NCBI RefSeq assembly: GCF_022846255.1
Contig: NZ_AP025682.1
Source of the DNA: Escherichia coli
GTDB taxonomy: Bacteria > Pseudomonadota > Gammaproteobacteria > Enterobacterales > Enterobacteriaceae
DNA length: 64,000 nucleotides
Strand: one strand, 5' to 3'
Shown piece by piece: positions 1 through 15,216 of the stretch; position 1 is the first letter of the stretch; the number at the start of each line of letters is the position of its first letter. The notes below the pieces were generated by a model. That model searched no databases. It had not been told where the DNA came from and saw nothing but the letters and a program-made list of their open reading frames with translations. A program made the translations under genes and the position numbers.

Positions 1-330
1 GGCTTTACCTACATTCCGCACCGTTTCGCGCTGGGCTTTGCCGAAGCGCCGCGCGGCGACGATATCCACTGGAGCATGACCGGCGACAACCAGAAGCTGT
101 ACCGCTGGCGCTGCCGTGCCGCGACCTACGCGAACTGGCCGACCCTGCGCTACATGCTGCGCGGCAACACCGTTTCTGATGCGCCGCTGATTATTGGTAG
201 CCTGGACCCTTGCTACTCCTGTACTGACCGCATGACCGTGGTCGATGTGCGTAAGAAGAAGAGCAAAGTGGTGCCGTACAAAGAACTTGAGCGCTACAGC
301 ATTGAGCGTAAAAACTCGCCGCTGAAATAA
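1..330 (+). CDS. hycE: Formate hydrogenlyase / hydrogenase-3 large subunit, C-terminal part (5' end lies outside the window)
   Basis: Frame-1 ORF open from base 1 to the stop at 330; C-terminal peptide with a CxxC motif; immediately followed by hycF, hycG, hycH and hycI in operon order. Confidence 0.85.
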   Translation, partial: GFTYIPHRFALGFAEAPRGDDIHWSMTGDNQKLYRWRCRAATYANWPTLRYMLRGNTVSDAPLIIGSLDPCYSCTDRMTVVDVRKKKSKVVPYKELERYSIERKNSPLK

Positions 331-339
331 GGAATCGCC

Positions 340-882
340 ATGTTTACCTTTATCAAAAAAGTCATTAAAACCGGCACGGCGACCTCGTCTTATCCGCTGG
401 AGCCGATTGCGGTTGATAAAAACTTCCGTGGTAAGCCAGAGCAGAACCCGCAGCAGTGCATCGGCTGCGCGGCCTGCGTCAATGCCTGCCCGTCAAACGC
501 CTTAACGGTTGAAACCGACCTCGCCACAGGAGAGCTGGCCTGGGAGTTTAATCTCGGGCGCTGCATCTTCTGTGGACGCTGCGAAGAAGTTTGCCCGACG
601 GCGGCAATCAAACTGTCGCAAGAGTACGAACTGGCGGTGTGGAAGAAAGAAGACTTCCTCCAACAGTCCCGCTTCGCGCTGTGCAACTGCCGCGTCTGCA
701 ATCGTCCTTTCGCCGTCCAGAAAGAGATCGACTACGCCATTGCGCTGCTTAAGCACAATGGTGACAGCCGCGCGGAAAACCACCGCGAAAGCTTTGAGAC
801 TTGCCCGGAATGTAAGCGCCAGAAATGCCTGGTGCCGTCCGACCGTATTGAACTGACTCGCCATATGAAAGAGGCCATCTGA
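340..882 (+). CDS. hycF: Formate hydrogenlyase 2x[4Fe-4S] ferredoxin-type subunit
   Basis: 180 aa with two CxxCxxCxxxCP ferredoxin motifs; RBS ggaa upstream; stop overlaps the hycG start. Confidence 0.93.
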   Translation: MFTFIKKVIKTGTATSSYPLEPIAVDKNFRGKPEQNPQQCIGCAACVNACPSNALTVETDLATGELAWEFNLGRCIFCGRCEEVCPTAAIKLSQEYELAVWKKEDFLQQSRFALCNCRVCNRPFAVQKEIDYAIALLKHNGDSRAENHRESFETCPECKRQKCLVPSDRIELTRHMKEAI

Positions 883-1649
883 TGAGCAATTTATTAGGCC
901 CCCGTGACGCCAACGGCATTCCGGTCCCGATGACGGTGGATGAATCCATCGCCAGCATGAAGGCGTCGTTACTGAAAAAAATCAAACGTTCTGCCTACGT
1001 TTACCGCGTGGACTGCGGTGGCTGCAACGGCTGCGAAATCGAAATTTTCGCCACGCTTTCGCCGCTGTTTGATGCAGAACGCTTCGGCATTAAAGTCGTT
1101 CCTTCACCGCGTCATGCGGATATTTTACTGTTTACCGGCGCGGTCACCCGTGCAATGCGATCCCCTGCGCTGCGTGCGTGGCAGTCCGCGCCGGACCCGA
1201 AAATCTGTATCTCCTACGGTGCCTGCGGTAACAGTGGCGGGATCTTCCACGATCTCTACTGCGTGTGGGGCGGTACGGATAAAATCGTCCCGGTAGATGT
1301 CTACATCCCTGGCTGCCCGCCAACGCCTGCCGCTACGCTATACGGCTTTGCAATGGCGCTCGGCCTGCTGGAGCAGAAAATTCACGCCCGTGGGCCGGGT
1401 GAGCAGGATGAACAACCGGCGGAGATCCTGCATGGCGATATGGTGCAGCCGCTGCGTGTGAAAGTGGATCGCGAAGCACGCCGCCTGGCGGGTTATCGTT
1501 ACGGTCGTCAGATTGCCGATGATTACCTTACACAGTTAGGGCAGGGCGAAGAACAGGTTGCACGCTGGCTGGAAGCGGAAAACGATCCGCGTCTGAACGA
1601 GATTGTCAGCCATCTGAATCATGTTGTTGAAGAGGCGCGTATCCGATGA
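882..1649 (+). CDS. hycG: Hydrogenase-3 small subunit (NuoB-like)
   Basis: 255 aa; NuoB/small-subunit cysteine pattern (CGGCNGC ... GCPP); translationally coupled to hycF and hycH. Confidence 0.93.
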   Translation: MSNLLGPRDANGIPVPMTVDESIASMKASLLKKIKRSAYVYRVDCGGCNGCEIEIFATLSPLFDAERFGIKVVPSPRHADILLFTGAVTRAMRSPALRAWQSAPDPKICISYGACGNSGGIFHDLYCVWGGTDKIVPVDVYIPGCPPTPAATLYGFAMALGLLEQKIHARGPGEQDEQPAEILHGDMVQPLRVKVDREARRLAGYRYGRQIADDYLTQLGQGEEQVARWLEAENDPRLNEIVSHLNHVVEEARIR

Positions 1650-2056
1650 GTGAAAAGGTGGTGTTCAGTCAACTGAGCCGTAAATTTATTGATGAGAACG
1701 ATGCTACGCCCGCCGAGGCGCAGCAGGTGGTCTATTACAGCCTGGCGATTGGTCACCACCTTGGGGTTATCGATTGCCTGGAAGCGGCGCTTACCTGCCC
1801 GTGGGATGACTATCTGGCATGGATTGCCACTCTGGAGGCGGGCAGCGAAGCCCGCCGCAAAATGGAAGGCGTGCCGAAATATGGTGAGATCGTCATCGAC
1901 ATTAACCATGTGCCGATGCTGGCCAACGCATTCGATAAAGCCCGGGCAGCGCAAACTTCGCAGCAGAAGGAATGGAGTACAATGCTGTTAAGTATGCTGC
2001 ATGATATTCATCAGGAAAACGCCATCTATTTGATGGTGAGGAGACTGCGTGACTGA
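1646..2056 (+). CDS. hycH: Formate hydrogenlyase maturation protein
   Basis: 136 aa ORF overlapping hycG by 4 nt; operon position. Confidence 0.9.
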   Translation: MSEKVVFSQLSRKFIDENDATPAEAQQVVYYSLAIGHHLGVIDCLEAALTCPWDDYLAWIATLEAGSEARRKMEGVPKYGEIVIDINHVPMLANAFDKARAAQTSQQKEWSTMLLSMLHDIHQENAIYLMVRRLRD

Positions 2057-2519
2057 CGTTTTACTCTGTGTTGGCAATAGCATGATGGGCGATGATGGCG
2101 CAGGCCCGCTACTGGCGGAAAAGTGCGCTGCCGCGCCGAAAGGTCACTGGGTAGTGATTGACGGCGGTAGCGCACCGGAAAACGACATTGTCGCTATCCG
2201 CGAACTGCGCCCGACACGGCTGCTGATTGTCGACGCCACGGATATGGGGCTAAACCCCGGCGAGATCCGCATCATCGATCCGGATGATATCGCCGAGATG
2301 TTTATGATGACTACCCATAACATGCCGTTGAACTACCTTATCGACCAGTTAAAAGAAGACATTGGCGAAGTGATTTTCCTCGGCATCCAGCCGGATATCG
2401 TCGGCTTTTACTACCCGATGACCCAGCCGATTAAAGATGCGGTAGAAACCGTTTATCAACGACTGGAAGGCTGGGAAGGGAATGGCGGCTTCGCGCAGTT
2501 AGCGGTGGAAGAAGAGTAG
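2049..2519 (+). CDS. hycI: Hydrogenase-3 maturation endopeptidase
   Basis: 156 aa; GNxxxGDDGxG motif typical of hydrogenase maturation proteases; overlaps the hycH stop. Confidence 0.93.
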   Translation: MTDVLLCVGNSMMGDDGAGPLLAEKCAAAPKGHWVVIDGGSAPENDIVAIRELRPTRLLIVDATDMGLNPGEIRIIDPDDIAEMFMMTTHNMPLNYLIDQLKEDIGEVIFLGIQPDIVGFYYPMTQPIKDAVETVYQRLEGWEGNGGFAQLAVEEE

Positions 2520-2589
2520 TTTTTCAGTAAGGAATCAGGACAGGGATGTTCTTGATGAGGGAATCAGAACTGATAGCAAACGCCAGATT

Positions 2590-2672
2590 GCCCGATGCGC
2601 TGCGCTTATCGGGCCTACCTGGTTCGTGCGACATGTAGGCCGGATAAGGCGTTCACGCCGCATCCGGCACTG
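2590..2672. repeat. REP/BIME-type palindromic units in the hycI-ascB gap
   Basis: Imperfect palindromes of the gcc(g/t)gatgcg...cgcttatc(a/g)ggcctac family, e.g. gtaggccggataaggcgttcacgccgcatccggcac. Confidence 0.7.
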
Positions 2673-2676
2673 TTAC

Positions 2677-5567
<2,891 letters not shown>

Positions 5568-5826
5568 CGGATTTTATCCTGTTATCAGTAGGGTAGATGT
5601 AGTTGTTATCAGTCGACGTGACGGAAAAATGCCGATGCTGAAACGGAATTAGGAAACCGGTTTCACAAAATCATGAATAGTTGTCACTAAATAAGCAAGA
5701 GAGTTAATTGTTCATTTTTTATATTTGTGAAACCGGTCACCTGAATATTTTTCCCACCGATTGCGCAAGGACAATCGGCAAACGGTGCAGTACACTGCGT
5801 TGATTGCGTGTAAAGGGATGAAAATG

Positions 5827-6837
5827 ATGACGACGATGCTGGAAGTGGCGAAGCGCGCCGGGGTTTCAAAAGCGACCGTTTCCCGCGTGCTTTCAGGTAA
5901 TGGCTACGTCAGCCAGGAGACTAAAGATCGCGTGTTTCTGGCGGTAGAAGAGAGCGGTTACCGCCCAAACTTGCTGGCGCGCAATCTGTCGGCGAAGAGT
6001 ACTCAGACGCTGGGGCTGGTCGTGACCAACACGCTTTACCACGGCATTTATTTTAGTGAATTACTCTTTCATGCCGCGCGAATGGCGGAAGAGAAAGGGC
6101 GACAGTTGCTATTGGCAGATGGTAAACACAGCGCCGAAGAAGAGCGCCAGGCGATTCAGTATCTGCTGGATCTGCGCTGCGACGCCATTATGATTTACCC
6201 GCGCTTTTTAAGCGTGGATGAGATTGATGACATCATTGACGCGCACAGTCAGCCGATAATGGTGCTCAATCGACGCCTGCGCAAAAACAGCAGCCATAGC
6301 GTCTGGTGCGATCATAAACAGACCAGCTTTAACGCCGTGGCAGAGTTGATAAACGCCGGGCATCAGGAGATTGCTTTCCTTACCGGCTCGATGGATTCCC
6401 CCACCAGCGTTGAACGTCTTGCCGGGTATAAAGACGCGCTGGCGCAGCATGGTATTGCGCTCAATGAAAAACTTATCGCTAACGGTAAATGGACGCCTGC
6501 CAGCGGGGCCGAAGGGGTAGAAACGTTGCTCGAACGTGGGGCTAAATTTAGCGCGTTAGTTGCCAGTAACGACGATATGGCGATAGGTGCGATCAAAGCG
6601 TTACACGAGCGCGGCGTAGCGGTGCCAGAGCAGGTGTCAGTTATCGGATTCGATGATATCGCTATTGCCCCCTACACCGTTCCGGCGCTCTCCAGCGTAA
6701 AAATTCCGGTAACTGAGATGATTCAGGAAATTATTGGACGGCTGATTTTTATGCTCGATGGCGGGGATTTCTCACCGCCGAAAACCTTCAGCGGAAAACT
6801 GATCCGCCGCGACTCACTCATTGCTCTTTCGCAATAA
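5827..6837 (+). CDS. ascG: LacI/GalR-family repressor of the asc operon
   Basis: N-terminal HTH (VAKRAGVSKATVSRVLSG) and periplasmic-binding-like core; divergent from ascFB; start chosen at MTTMLEV inside the longer ORF (5761..6837). Confidence 0.9.
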   Translation: MTTMLEVAKRAGVSKATVSRVLSGNGYVSQETKDRVFLAVEESGYRPNLLARNLSAKSTQTLGLVVTNTLYHGIYFSELLFHAARMAEEKGRQLLLADGKHSAEEERQAIQYLLDLRCDAIMIYPRFLSVDEIDDIIDAHSQPIMVLNRRLRKNSSHSVWCDHKQTSFNAVAELINAGHQEIAFLTGSMDSPTSVERLAGYKDALAQHGIALNEKLIANGKWTPASGAEGVETLLERGAKFSALVASNDDMAIGAIKALHERGVAVPEQVSVIGFDDIAIAPYTVPALSSVKIPVTEMIQEIIGRLIFMLDGGDFSPPKTFSGKLIRRDSLIALSQ

Positions 6838-6850
6838 ATACTGTCATCAC

Positions 6851-6885
6851 ATGTCATCGTCACTAGTGTCGATGACATCGTTTTT
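6851..6885 (+). terminator. Rho-independent terminator downstream of ascG
   Basis: 9-bp perfect inverted repeat atgtcatcg/cgatgacat followed by cgttttt. Confidence 0.7.
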
Positions 6886-6985
6886 CCTGCATTACAGAAT
6901 TTAATTTCCTTAAATAACAGTAAATTAAAAACTGGCATGATTTGTGAATGTATCGGCGCATTAACTGTTATTGCTGGAGAATTTG

Positions 6986-7513
6986 ATGAACCGTTTCATC
7001 ATTGCTGACGCGAGTAAATGTATTGGTTGCCGTACCTGTGAAGTGGCGTGCGTGGTTTCCCATCAGGAGAATCAGGACTGTGCATCGCTGACCCCGGAAA
7101 CTTTTTTACCGCGAATCCATGTCATTAAAGGTGTGAACATTTCCACGGCAACAGTCTGCCGTCAGTGTGAAGATGCACCGTGCGCTAACGTCTGCCCGAA
7201 TGGTGCTATCAGCCGTGATAAAGGGTTTGTTCATGTGATGCAGGAACGTTGCATTGGTTGCAAAACCTGCGTTGTGGCTTGCCCGTATGGCGCGATGGAA
7301 GTGGTGGTACGTCCGGTGATTCGCAACAGTGGCGCAGGGCTGAATGTACGGGCTGACAAAGCCGAAGCCAATAAATGCGACCTCTGTAACCATCGTGAAG
7401 ACGGCCCGGCGTGTATGGCGGCTTGCCCGACCCATGCGCTGATTTGTGTCGATCGTAATAAACTTGAACAACTGAGCGCAGAAAAACGTCGCCGTACGGC
7501 GCTGATGTTCTAA
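6986..7513 (+). CDS. hydN: Electron-transport ferredoxin-like protein with four Fe-S cluster motifs
   Basis: Multiple CxxCxxCxxxCP motifs; start at [15 protein letters not shown]. Confidence 0.92.
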   Translation: MNRFIIADASKCIGCRTCEVACVVSHQENQDCASLTPETFLPRIHVIKGVNISTATVCRQCEDAPCANVCPNGAISRDKGFVHVMQERCIGCKTCVVACPYGAMEVVVRPVIRNSGAGLNVRADKAEANKCDLCNHREDGPACMAACPTHALICVDRNKLEQLSAEKRRRTALMF

Positions 7514-7665
7514 AAATCTTACTGAACTGTTCTGGCATCAAAGGAATTCCCGGAAATATTCGTAGAATACGGAGCGGGCGGTATCGCCGACCTGTGATTG
7601 CCGGATACGACGCTGTCGTGTCCGGCAGGGCGGGTTACGCAATTCATGATGGCGGGAATAACTCA

Positions 7666-9906
7666 ATGGCAAAAAACACATCTTGCGGTGTCCAACTGCG
7701 TATTCGTGGCAAAGTGCAGGGCGTCGGTTTTCGTCCGTTTGTCTGGCAACTGGCACAGCAATTAAATCTTCACGGCGATGTCTGTAATGACGGCGATGGC
7801 GTAGAAGTCCGGCTGCTGGAAGATCCGGAAACGTTTCTTGTTCAATTGCATCAGCACTGCCCGCCACTGGCGCGTATTGATAGCGTCGAGCGTGAGCCGT
7901 TTATCTGGTCACAACTGCCCACTGAGTTCACCATCCGCCAGAGCGCGGGTGGCGTCATGAATACGCAAATTGTTCCCGATGCCGCGACTTGCCCTGCTTG
8001 TCTTGCCGAAATGAATACCCCGGGCGAACGACGCTGGCGTTATCCGTTTATCAACTGTACTCACTGTGGTCCGCGTTTCACCATTATTCGCGCCATGCCT
8101 TACGACCGCCCGTTTACCGTGATGGCGGCGTTTCCGCTGTGTCCGGCTTGTGACAAAGAGTACTGTGACCCGCTCGATCGTCGCTTCCACGCCCAGCCGG
8201 TGGCCTGCCCGGAGTGTGGCCCCCATCTTGAATGGGTAAGTCATGGTGAACATGCAGAACAAGAGGCGGCATTACAGGCAGCTATCGCACAGTTAAAAAT
8301 GGGCAACATTGTCGCCATCAAAGGGATTGGCGGATTTCATCTTGCCTGCGATGCACGTAACAGTAACGCGGTGGCGACACTTCGGGCGCGCAAACATCGC
8401 CCGGCGAAACCGCTGGCGGTCATGTTGCCAGTGGCTGACGGTTTACCAGACGCTGCGCGCCAGTTGCTTACCACGCCCGCCGCGCCGATTGTGCTGGTGG
8501 ATAAAAAATATGTACCTGAGCTTTGTGATGATATCGCCCCTGACCTTAACGAAGTCGGGGTAATGTTGCCTGCGAACCCGCTCCAGCATTTGCTGTTACA
8601 GGAACTGCAATGCCCGCTGGTGATGACCTCCGGCAACCTGAGCGGTAAACCACCGGCTATCAGCAACGAACAGGCGCTGGCGGATTTGCAGGGCATTGCC
8701 GACGGATTCTTGATACATAACCGCGACATCGTGCAGCGGATGGATGATTCGGTGGTGCGCGAAAGCGGCGAAATGCTGCGCCGTTCGCGGGGGTATGTGC
8801 CGGATGCGCTGGCTTTGCCTCCGGGCTTTAAAAATGTTCCGCCTGTGCTGTGTCTCGGCGCGGATCTGAAAAATACCTTCTGCCTGGTGCGCGGTGAACA
8901 AGCGGTGTTGAGTCAGCATCTGGGCGATTTAAGTGACGATGGCATCCAGATGCAGTGGCGCGAAGCGTTACGCCTGATGCAAAACATCTACGATTTTACC
9001 CCGCAATACGTTGTGTATGACGCGCATCCGGGCTATGTCTCCAGCCAGTGGGCGCGCGAAATGAATCTGCCGACGCAAACGGTGCTGCATCATCATGCTC
9101 ATGCGGCGGCGTGTCTGGCAGAACATCACTGGCCGCTGGATGGCGGTGATGTCATTGCGTTGACGCTCGACGGTATCGGTATGGGGGAGAACGGCGCTTT
9201 GTGGGGCGGCGAGTGTCTGCGGGTGAACTATCGCGAATGCCAGCACCTGGGCGGCTTGCCAGCGGTGGCGCTTGCTGGGGGCGATTTGGCTGCAAAGCAG
9301 CCGTGGCGTAACCTGCTGGCGCAGTGCCTGCGCTTTGTGCCGGAGTGGCAGAATTACCCTGAAACGGCAAGTGTGCAACAGCAAAACTGGAGCGTGCTGG
9401 CGCGGGCCATTGAGCGTGGAATTAACGCGCCGCTGGCGTCGTCGTGTGGGCGTTTGTTCGATGCTGTGGCGGCGGCACTGGGCTGTGCGCCAGCCACGTT
9501 AAGTTATGAAGGTGAAGCGGCTTGTGCTCTGGAGGCGCTCGCAGCCTCATGCGACGGAGTGACGCATCCGGTGACGATACCGCTGGTGGACAATCAACTG
9601 GATCTCGCCACTTTCTGGCAGCAGTGGCTGAACTGGCAGGCACCGGTTAATCAACGCGCGTGGGCGTTTCATGATGCGCTGGCGCAGGGGGTTGCCGCGT
9701 TGATGCGTGAGCAGGCCACGATGCGCGGTATCACTACGCTGGTATTTAGCGGTGGGGTTATTCATAACCGATTGCTGCGTACACGCCTGGCGCATTATCT
9801 CGCTGATTTCACATTACTCTTTCCGCAGAGTTTACCGGCGGGTGATGGCGGCTTGTCTCTGGGGCAGGGGGTTATTGCTGCGGCGCGCATCCTGCATGCT
9901 GCATAG
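7666..9906 (+). CDS. hypF: [NiFe]-hydrogenase maturation carbamoyltransferase
   Basis: Acylphosphatase-like N-terminus, two Zn-finger CxxC pairs, YrdC-like and Kae1-like C-terminal domains; start at [16 protein letters not shown] inside the longer ORF (7594..9906). Confidence 0.92.
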   Translation: MAKNTSCGVQLRIRGKVQGVGFRPFVWQLAQQLNLHGDVCNDGDGVEVRLLEDPETFLVQLHQHCPPLARIDSVEREPFIWSQLPTEFTIRQSAGGVMNTQIVPDAATCPACLAEMNTPGERRWRYPFINCTHCGPRFTIIRAMPYDRPFTVMAAFPLCPACDKEYCDPLDRRFHAQPVACPECGPHLEWVSHGEHAEQEAALQAAIAQLKMGNIVAIKGIGGFHLACDARNSNAVATLRARKHRPAKPLAVMLPVADGLPDAARQLLTTPAAPIVLVDKKYVPELCDDIAPDLNEVGVMLPANPLQHLLLQELQCPLVMTSGNLSGKPPAISNEQALADLQGIADGFLIHNRDIVQRMDDSVVRESGEMLRRSRGYVPDALALPPGFKNVPPVLCLGADLKNTFCLVRGEQAVLSQHLGDLSDDGIQMQWREALRLMQNIYDFTPQYVVYDAHPGYVSSQWAREMNLPTQTVLHHHAHAAACLAEHHWPLDGGDVIALTLDGIGMGENGALWGGECLRVNYRECQHLGGLPAVALAGGDLAAKQPWRNLLAQCLRFVPEWQNYPETASVQQQNWSVLARAIERGINAPLASSCGRLFDAVAAALGCAPATLSYEGEAACALEALAASCDGVTHPVTIPLVDNQLDLATFWQQWLNWQAPVNQRAWAFHDALAQGVAALMREQATMRGITTLVFSGGVIHNRLLRTRLAHYLADFTLLFPQSLPAGDGGLSLGQGVIAAARILHAA

Positions 9907-9983
9907 TGGCGGATGTGGCGTAACTAAGCGTAAAAAGAGCGCGGACAGTCCCCTCGCCCTTTGGGCGAGGGAGAAAACCATGC

Positions 9984-11117
9984 CTACACCGGCAACGTTT
10001 TCAACAATCCAAACGCCTCTTTCATCCGATCCTCACTGACCACAAAGGCGCGAAGCTGGTCGGCATCATCAACACCGCGCGCCACCATCCCCTGGCGTTC
10101 GGTATTAATCTGCCAGCGTAAATCCTGACGCTGGGTTTCGCCTGCCAGATGCAGCGGTAATTCTGGCGTTTTGATTTTCACCAGCATCGCCGGGAGTTTC
10201 AGCGGCGTGTTATTGCCGAGAAGATTTTTTGCCAGCACCATCGCGCTAAGTTGAATCGGCTGGAGGAACGGCAATACCTGACCGTTAATTTCCGCGCAAT
10301 CGCCCAGCGCATAAATATCGGCATTACTGGTTTGCAGATAACTATCGACGCAAACGCCGCGATTAATCGTCAGCCCGGCGCGTCGTGCCAGGGCGGTTTC
10401 CGGGCGCAGTCCGGTGGCGGCAATTCCCGCATCCACTTCGATGCAGCGCTGGCGGTCCAGCGTTGCCAGAATGCCAGAATCTGTTTTTTCTAGTCCCTGC
10501 AACTGAGATTTCAACAGCAGATGAACGCCCATCTCCGTCAACCGATGCTGCAAGCGGCTGCTGACTTCCGGTGGCATTAACGACGCCAGAATACTGGCAG
10601 CGTTGTCGATTAGCGTGACCGCTTTGCCTGCCCGACAAAAATCCATCGCCAGTTCACTACCAATCAAACCACCGCCGACAATCAACACGCGTCGGGCATC
10701 CCGCAGTTGCGTTTCACAGGCGCGATACTCTTGCTGACTATTTAACGTCAGCATTAACTCACGCCCGGGCACTGGCGGGACAAAGGCGCTGGCACCAGTT
10801 GCCAGCACTAACTTGTCGTATTGCCACTGATTATTCTGACTTTTCACCACATGGGCTTCGGCATCGATATCCGTCACCCAGGTGTGCGGAAACAGGTGCA
10901 GATTAAACTGCTCGGCAAATTCACCCGCCGTCTGGCGGGTAAGGTCATCGGCACGTTGCCCCTGGCTGATAACATGGCTGAGATCCGGTTTGTTGTACTC
11001 ATCCATGCTGTCGGCGGCAATCAGGGTTAATGGAATACTGGCGTCCTGTTTGCGAATATTTTTCACCAGTTGGCGGGCGGCGAAGCCCGAACCAATGATC
11101 ACAATGCCTTTGCTCAT
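9984..11117 (-). CDS. norW: NADH:flavorubredoxin reductase
   Basis: 377 aa; FAD/NAD-binding GxGxxG motifs ([12 protein letters not shown]; [12 protein letters not shown]). Confidence 0.93.
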   Translation of the reverse strand: MSKGIVIIGSGFAARQLVKNIRKQDASIPLTLIAADSMDEYNKPDLSHVISQGQRADDLTRQTAGEFAEQFNLHLFPHTWVTDIDAEAHVVKSQNNQWQYDKLVLATGASAFVPPVPGRELMLTLNSQQEYRACETQLRDARRVLIVGGGLIGSELAMDFCRAGKAVTLIDNAASILASLMPPEVSSRLQHRLTEMGVHLLLKSQLQGLEKTDSGILATLDRQRCIEVDAGIAATGLRPETALARRAGLTINRGVCVDSYLQTSNADIYALGDCAEINGQVLPFLQPIQLSAMVLAKNLLGNNTPLKLPAMLVKIKTPELPLHLAGETQRQDLRWQINTERQGMVARGVDDADQLRAFVVSEDRMKEAFGLLKTLPV

Positions 11118-12553
11118 TTTGCCTCCGATGCCAGTTCGTCAAAGACGTCTTTGCCGAGGGAGCACTCCGGGCACAGGAAGTTATCCGGGACTTCACTCCA
11201 CGGCGTTCCTGGCGCAACGTCCTGCATTGGCTCGCCTTTTGCCGGATCGTAAATCCACTGGCAGACGCTGCACTGCATCCGTGGGCCGAGGTCAGCCGTC
11301 GTGGTGGCAGAGGTTTCTTCTTTAACCACCGTATTCACCGTGCTCTGCGGCAGCGGCGCGAGCGCCCACTGACGGGCGATTTCGCGACCGTGTTCACGGC
11401 ATAACTCCAGCGCGTCCTGGTCCGGTCGCCATTTGGCTTTCAGGCTAAGCGACATTTCGAAACCCGCATCCTGCAGGCGCGTGGAAAGACGATCCACCGC
11501 ACCGCCGCTCCAGCCGTGAGAGCCGAAAGCGCTGGCGCGTTTGTTACGGAAGCGTAATCCGGTCATCTCCTCCACCAGCCCGGCGATTTTCGGCATCATC
11601 ACATTATTCATCGTAGAAGTGCCGACCAGCACGCCTTTTGAGCGGAAGACATTGGTCAGGATTTCGTTTTTATCGCTTCGGGCGACGTTGAAAATTTTCA
11701 CCGCCACGCGTGGGTCGGTTTCCGCAATCCCCTGGGCGATAGCGTCAGCCATCATGCGGGTGTTATTCGACATGGTGTCGTAGAAAATGGTGATTCTGTC
11801 TTCCTGATAATCCGCCGCCCATTTCAGGTACAGCTCGACAATTTGCGTCGGGTTATCGCGCCATACCACGCCGTGAGAGGTCGCTATCATATCGACTGGC
11901 AAGTTAAAGCCCAGGATCTCGGTAATTTTCGGCGTTACCAGGCGGCTGAACGGCGTCAGGATATTGGCGTAGTAACGCTGGCACTGCTCGAAAAGCTCAG
12001 TCTGATCCACTTCATCGTTGAACAGATGCTCGTCGCAGTAGTGCTGACCGAAAGCATCGTTACTGAACAGCACCGCGTCGCCTGTCAGGTAAGTCATCAT
12101 GCTGTCCGGCCAGTGCAACATTGGCGTTTCGACAAAAATGAGCTGTTTGCCGTTGCCGATATCCAGCGTGTCGCCTGTTTTCACCACATTAAAATTCCAC
12201 TCCGGATGATGGTGATGACCATTTATCGAGTCGATAGCGTTGGCAGTACAGTAGATCGGCGTATCGGGAATTTGTGCCATCAGTTCGGTCAGCGCCCCGG
12301 CGTGGTCCTCTTCAGCATGGTTAATTACGATGTAATCGATATCCGCCAGATCGATTTCATTACGCAGGTTCTGCACAAATTCGCGGCTGAATTTATGGTC
12401 GACGGTGTCGATCAGCACGTTTTTTTCTTCGCGGATGAGGTAGCTGTTGTAGCTGCTGCCGCGCAGCGTTTTATATTCTGTACCGTGAAAATCACGCACT
12501 TCCCAGTCACGTTGACCAACCCAATGAATGTTATTTTTCACCACAATAGACAT
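11114..12553 (-). CDS. norV: Anaerobic nitric oxide reductase flavorubredoxin
   Basis: 479 aa; metallo-beta-lactamase-like, flavodoxin-like and C-terminal rubredoxin (CxxC...CPxC) regions; overlaps norW. Confidence 0.94.
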   Translation of the reverse strand: MSIVVKNNIHWVGQRDWEVRDFHGTEYKTLRGSSYNSYLIREEKNVLIDTVDHKFSREFVQNLRNEIDLADIDYIVINHAEEDHAGALTELMAQIPDTPIYCTANAIDSINGHHHHPEWNFNVVKTGDTLDIGNGKQLIFVETPMLHWPDSMMTYLTGDAVLFSNDAFGQHYCDEHLFNDEVDQTELFEQCQRYYANILTPFSRLVTPKITEILGFNLPVDMIATSHGVVWRDNPTQIVELYLKWAADYQEDRITIFYDTMSNNTRMMADAIAQGIAETDPRVAVKIFNVARSDKNEILTNVFRSKGVLVGTSTMNNVMMPKIAGLVEEMTGLRFRNKRASAFGSHGWSGGAVDRLSTRLQDAGFEMSLSLKAKWRPDQDALELCREHGREIARQWALAPLPQSTVNTVVKEETSATTTADLGPRMQCSVCQWIYDPAKGEPMQDVAPGTPWSEVPDNFLCPECSLGKDVFDELASEAK

Positions 12554-12600
12554 AGCAACCTCAATTTATTCAGCGTGTTCTAAAAAGATGTCTTGCTAAT

Positions 12601-12617
12601 TGCAGATTGCGTGCCAG
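12601..12617 (-). promoter_or_regulatory. Sigma-54 (-24/-12) promoter for norVW
   Basis: Reverse complement reads cTGGCACgcaatcTGCAa, matching the TGGCAC-N5-TTGCA consensus, about 50 bp upstream of the norV start. Confidence 0.75.
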
Positions 12618-12671
12618 TTTTTTATCTAATTGTTTTTACTCTATAAATAAAATTGTGCTCATTAATGAGTA

Positions 12672-12727
12672 GTCAAAATGACTATCAATAAAATGGTCGA
12701 TATGACAATATCTATAGTCAAATTGAC
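12672..12727. promoter_or_regulatory. Three NorR enhancer sites (GT-N7-AC)
   Basis: gtcaaaatgac (12672-12682), gtcgatatgac (12696-12706) and gtcaaattgac (12717-12727), in the divergent norR-norV region. Confidence 0.8.
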
Positions 12728-12739
12728 AGTGAGGCAAAG

Positions 12740-14254
12740 ATGAGTTTTTCCGTTGATGTGCTGGCGAATATCGCCATCGAATTGCAGCGTGGGATTGGTC
12801 ATCAGGATCGTTTTCAGCGCCTGATCACCACGCTGCGTCAGGTGCTGGAGTGCGATGCGTCTGCGTTGCTACGTTACGACTCGCGGCAGTTTATTCCGCT
12901 TGCCATCGACGGGCTGGCGAAGGATGTACTCGGTAGACGCTTTGCGCTGGAAGGTCATCCACGGCTGGAAGCGATTGCCCGCGCCGGGGACGTGGTGCGC
13001 TTTCCCGCAGACAGCGAATTGCCCGATCCTTATGACGGTTTGATTCCAGGGCAGGAGAGTCTGAAGGTTCACGCCTGCGTTGGTTTGCCGTTGTTTGCCG
13101 GGCAAAACCTGATCGGTGCCTTGACGCTCGACGGGATGCAGCCCGATCAGTTCGATGTTTTCAGCGACGAAGAGTTACGCCTGATTGCTGCGCTGGCGGC
13201 GGGAGCGTTAAGCAATGCATTGCTGATTGAACAACTGGAAAGCCAGAATATGCTGCCAGGCGATGCCGCGCCGTTTGAAGCGGTGAAACAGACGCAGATG
13301 ATCGGTCTGTCGCCAGGCATGACGCAATTGAAAAAAGAGATTGAGATTGTGGCGGCATCCGATCTCAACGTTTTAATTAGCGGTGAGACGGGAACCGGTA
13401 AGGAGCTGGTGGCGAAAGCGATTCATGAAGCCTCGCCACGGGCGGTGAATCCGCTGGTCTATCTCAACTGTGCCGCACTGCCGGAAAGTGTGGCGGAAAG
13501 TGAGTTGTTCGGGCATGTGAAAGGGGCGTTTACTGGTGCTATCAGTAACCGCAGCGGGAAGTTTGAAATGGCGGATAACGGTACGCTGTTTCTCGATGAG
13601 ATCGGCGAGTTGTCGTTGGCATTGCAGGCCAAGCTGCTAAGGGTGTTGCAGTATGGCGATATTCAACGCGTTGGCGATGACCGCAGTTTGCGGGTCGATG
13701 TGCGCGTGCTGGCGGCGACTAACCGTGACTTACGCGAAGAGGTACTGGCAGGGCGATTTCGCGCTGACTTGTTCCACCGCCTGAGCGTGTTTCCACTTTC
13801 AGTGCCGCCGCTGCGTGAGCGGGGCGATGACGTCATTCTACTGGCGGGGTATTTCTGTGAGCAGTGTCGTTTGCGGCTGGGGCTCTCCCGCGTGGTATTA
13901 AGTGCCGGGGCGCGGAATTTATTGCAACACTATAGTTTTCCGGGGAACGTGCGCGAACTGGAACATGCTATTCATCGGGCGGTGGTGCTGGCGAGAGCGA
14001 CCCGCAGCGGCGATGAAGTGATTCTTGAAGCGCAACATTTTGCTTTTCCTGAGGTGACGTTGCCGCCGCCAGAAGCGGCGGCGGTGCCTATCGTTAAGCA
14101 AAACCTGCGTGAAGCGACAGAAGCGTTCCAGCGTGAAACCATTCGTCAGGCACTGGCGCAAAATCATCACAACTGGGCCGCCTGTGCGCGGATGCTGGAA
14201 ACCGACGTCGCCAACCTGCATCGGCTGGCGAAACGTCTGGGGCTGAAGGATTAA
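12740..14254 (+). CDS. norR: Sigma-54-dependent NO-responsive transcriptional activator
   Basis: 504 aa; GAF region, AAA+ sigma-54 activation domain ([14 protein letters not shown]) and C-terminal HTH. Confidence 0.94.
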   Translation: MSFSVDVLANIAIELQRGIGHQDRFQRLITTLRQVLECDASALLRYDSRQFIPLAIDGLAKDVLGRRFALEGHPRLEAIARAGDVVRFPADSELPDPYDGLIPGQESLKVHACVGLPLFAGQNLIGALTLDGMQPDQFDVFSDEELRLIAALAAGALSNALLIEQLESQNMLPGDAAPFEAVKQTQMIGLSPGMTQLKKEIEIVAASDLNVLISGETGTGKELVAKAIHEASPRAVNPLVYLNCAALPESVAESELFGHVKGAFTGAISNRSGKFEMADNGTLFLDEIGELSLALQAKLLRVLQYGDIQRVGDDRSLRVDVRVLAATNRDLREEVLAGRFRADLFHRLSVFPLSVPPLRERGDDVILLAGYFCEQCRLRLGLSRVVLSAGARNLLQHYSFPGNVRELEHAIHRAVVLARATRSGDEVILEAQHFAFPEVTLPPPEAAAVPIVKQNLREATEAFQRETIRQALAQNHHNWAACARMLETDVANLHRLAKRLGLKD

Positions 14255-15216
14255 ATAATCCCGGCCTGATAGAAATCCTGCAGGTTAATTGCGCCGGTGA
14301 GTTTGCCGTTTTCATCCACTACCGGTGCGGCGGTGATTTTGCGTTTCATCAGGATTTCTTTGGCGTCGATGGCACGGCTTTGCGATTGCAACGTGGTGCC
14401 GCCGACCGTCATCGCTTCATTGACTGGCGTGGTGAGTGCGCCGCCGCCAACCAGCCAGCGACGTAAATCACCGTCGGTAAAGACGCCTTTCACCAGTCGT
14501 TGATCATCGCACACTGCCACCAGACCTAAACCGGTGCGGCTAAGTTCCAGCATCGCGTCCATCACGCTGGCGGTTAACGCCACCTGCGGGATGGCATCGT
14601 CACGACGCATAAGATGATGCACTTTGTTCAGCAAGCGAGCGCCCAGTGCCCCGGCTGGGTGGGAGCGGGCAAAATCTTCTTCATTAAAACCACGCGCCTG
14701 CATGACTGCCATCGCCAGCGCGTCGCCCATCATCAGGGTATTCACGGTGCTGGAGGTCGGCGCAAGGTGCATCGGGCAGGCTTCGCGTTCTACGGAGATA
14801 TCCAGCACCGCTTTCGCCGCCAGGCCCAGCGGTGACGTCGGTTTTCCGGTCATTGCCAGCAGCGCGATAGATTTATCTTCCAGACGCGGAATAATCAGAT
14901 CCAGTTCCTTCGCGCCACCGGAATAAGAGATAAACAGCATCACATCGCGGCTTTCAATCATCCCCAGATCGCCGTGCAGTGCTTCTGCCGGATGGACAAA
15001 AAAAGCCGGTGTGCCGGTGCTGGCAAGCGTTGCGGCGATTTTCTTACCAATGTGGCCCGATTTGCCAATTCCCGAAACCACCACTTTGCCTTCGCAGTGC
15101 AGGATGATATTGGCGGCGCGAACGAAATCATCGCCCAGACGTTCCGGTAAATGGCTTGCTTCCTGCAACTCCAGCATTAACGTCTGACGTCCCGCGTTCA
15201 GTAGTGCTTCACTCAT
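14251..15216 (-). CDS. gutQ: D-arabinose-5-phosphate isomerase (SIS + CBS domains)
   Basis: 321 aa; SIS domain motif ([10 protein letters not shown]) and tandem CBS domains; convergent with norR, stops overlap. Confidence 0.92.
   Translation of the reverse strand: MSEALLNAGRQTLMLELQEASHLPERLGDDFVRAANIILHCEGKVVVSGIGKSGHIGKKIAATLASTGTPAFFVHPAEALHGDLGMIESRDVMLFISYSGGAKELDLIIPRLEDKSIALLAMTGKPTSPLGLAAKAVLDISVEREACPMHLAPTSSTVNTLMMGDALAMAVMQARGFNEEDFARSHPAGALGARLLNKVHHLMRRDDAIPQVALTASVMDAMLELSRTGLGLVAVCDDQRLVKGVFTDGDLRRWLVGGGALTTPVNEAMTVGGTTLQSQSRAIDAKEILMKRKITAAPVVDENGKLTGAINLQDFYQAGII

Noticed and set aside
5761-5826. N-terminal extensions of longest ORFs (ascG here; likewise srlR, recA, proX, gabP, lhgO, mltB, hypF, kbp, csiR, ygaM, ascB)
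   Set aside because: Known N-termini and RBS placement indicate internal start codons; the extensions are read-through of upstream non-coding sequence.
6930-6960. Possible sigma-54 promoter (cTGGCATgatttGTGAa) upstream of hydN
   Set aside because: The -24 element is good but the -12 element has GA instead of the conserved GC; hydN-hypF may still be FhlA/sigma-54 driven, but this match is too weak to call from sequence alone.
11843-12583. 246-aa plus-strand ORF
   Set aside because: Antisense to norV.
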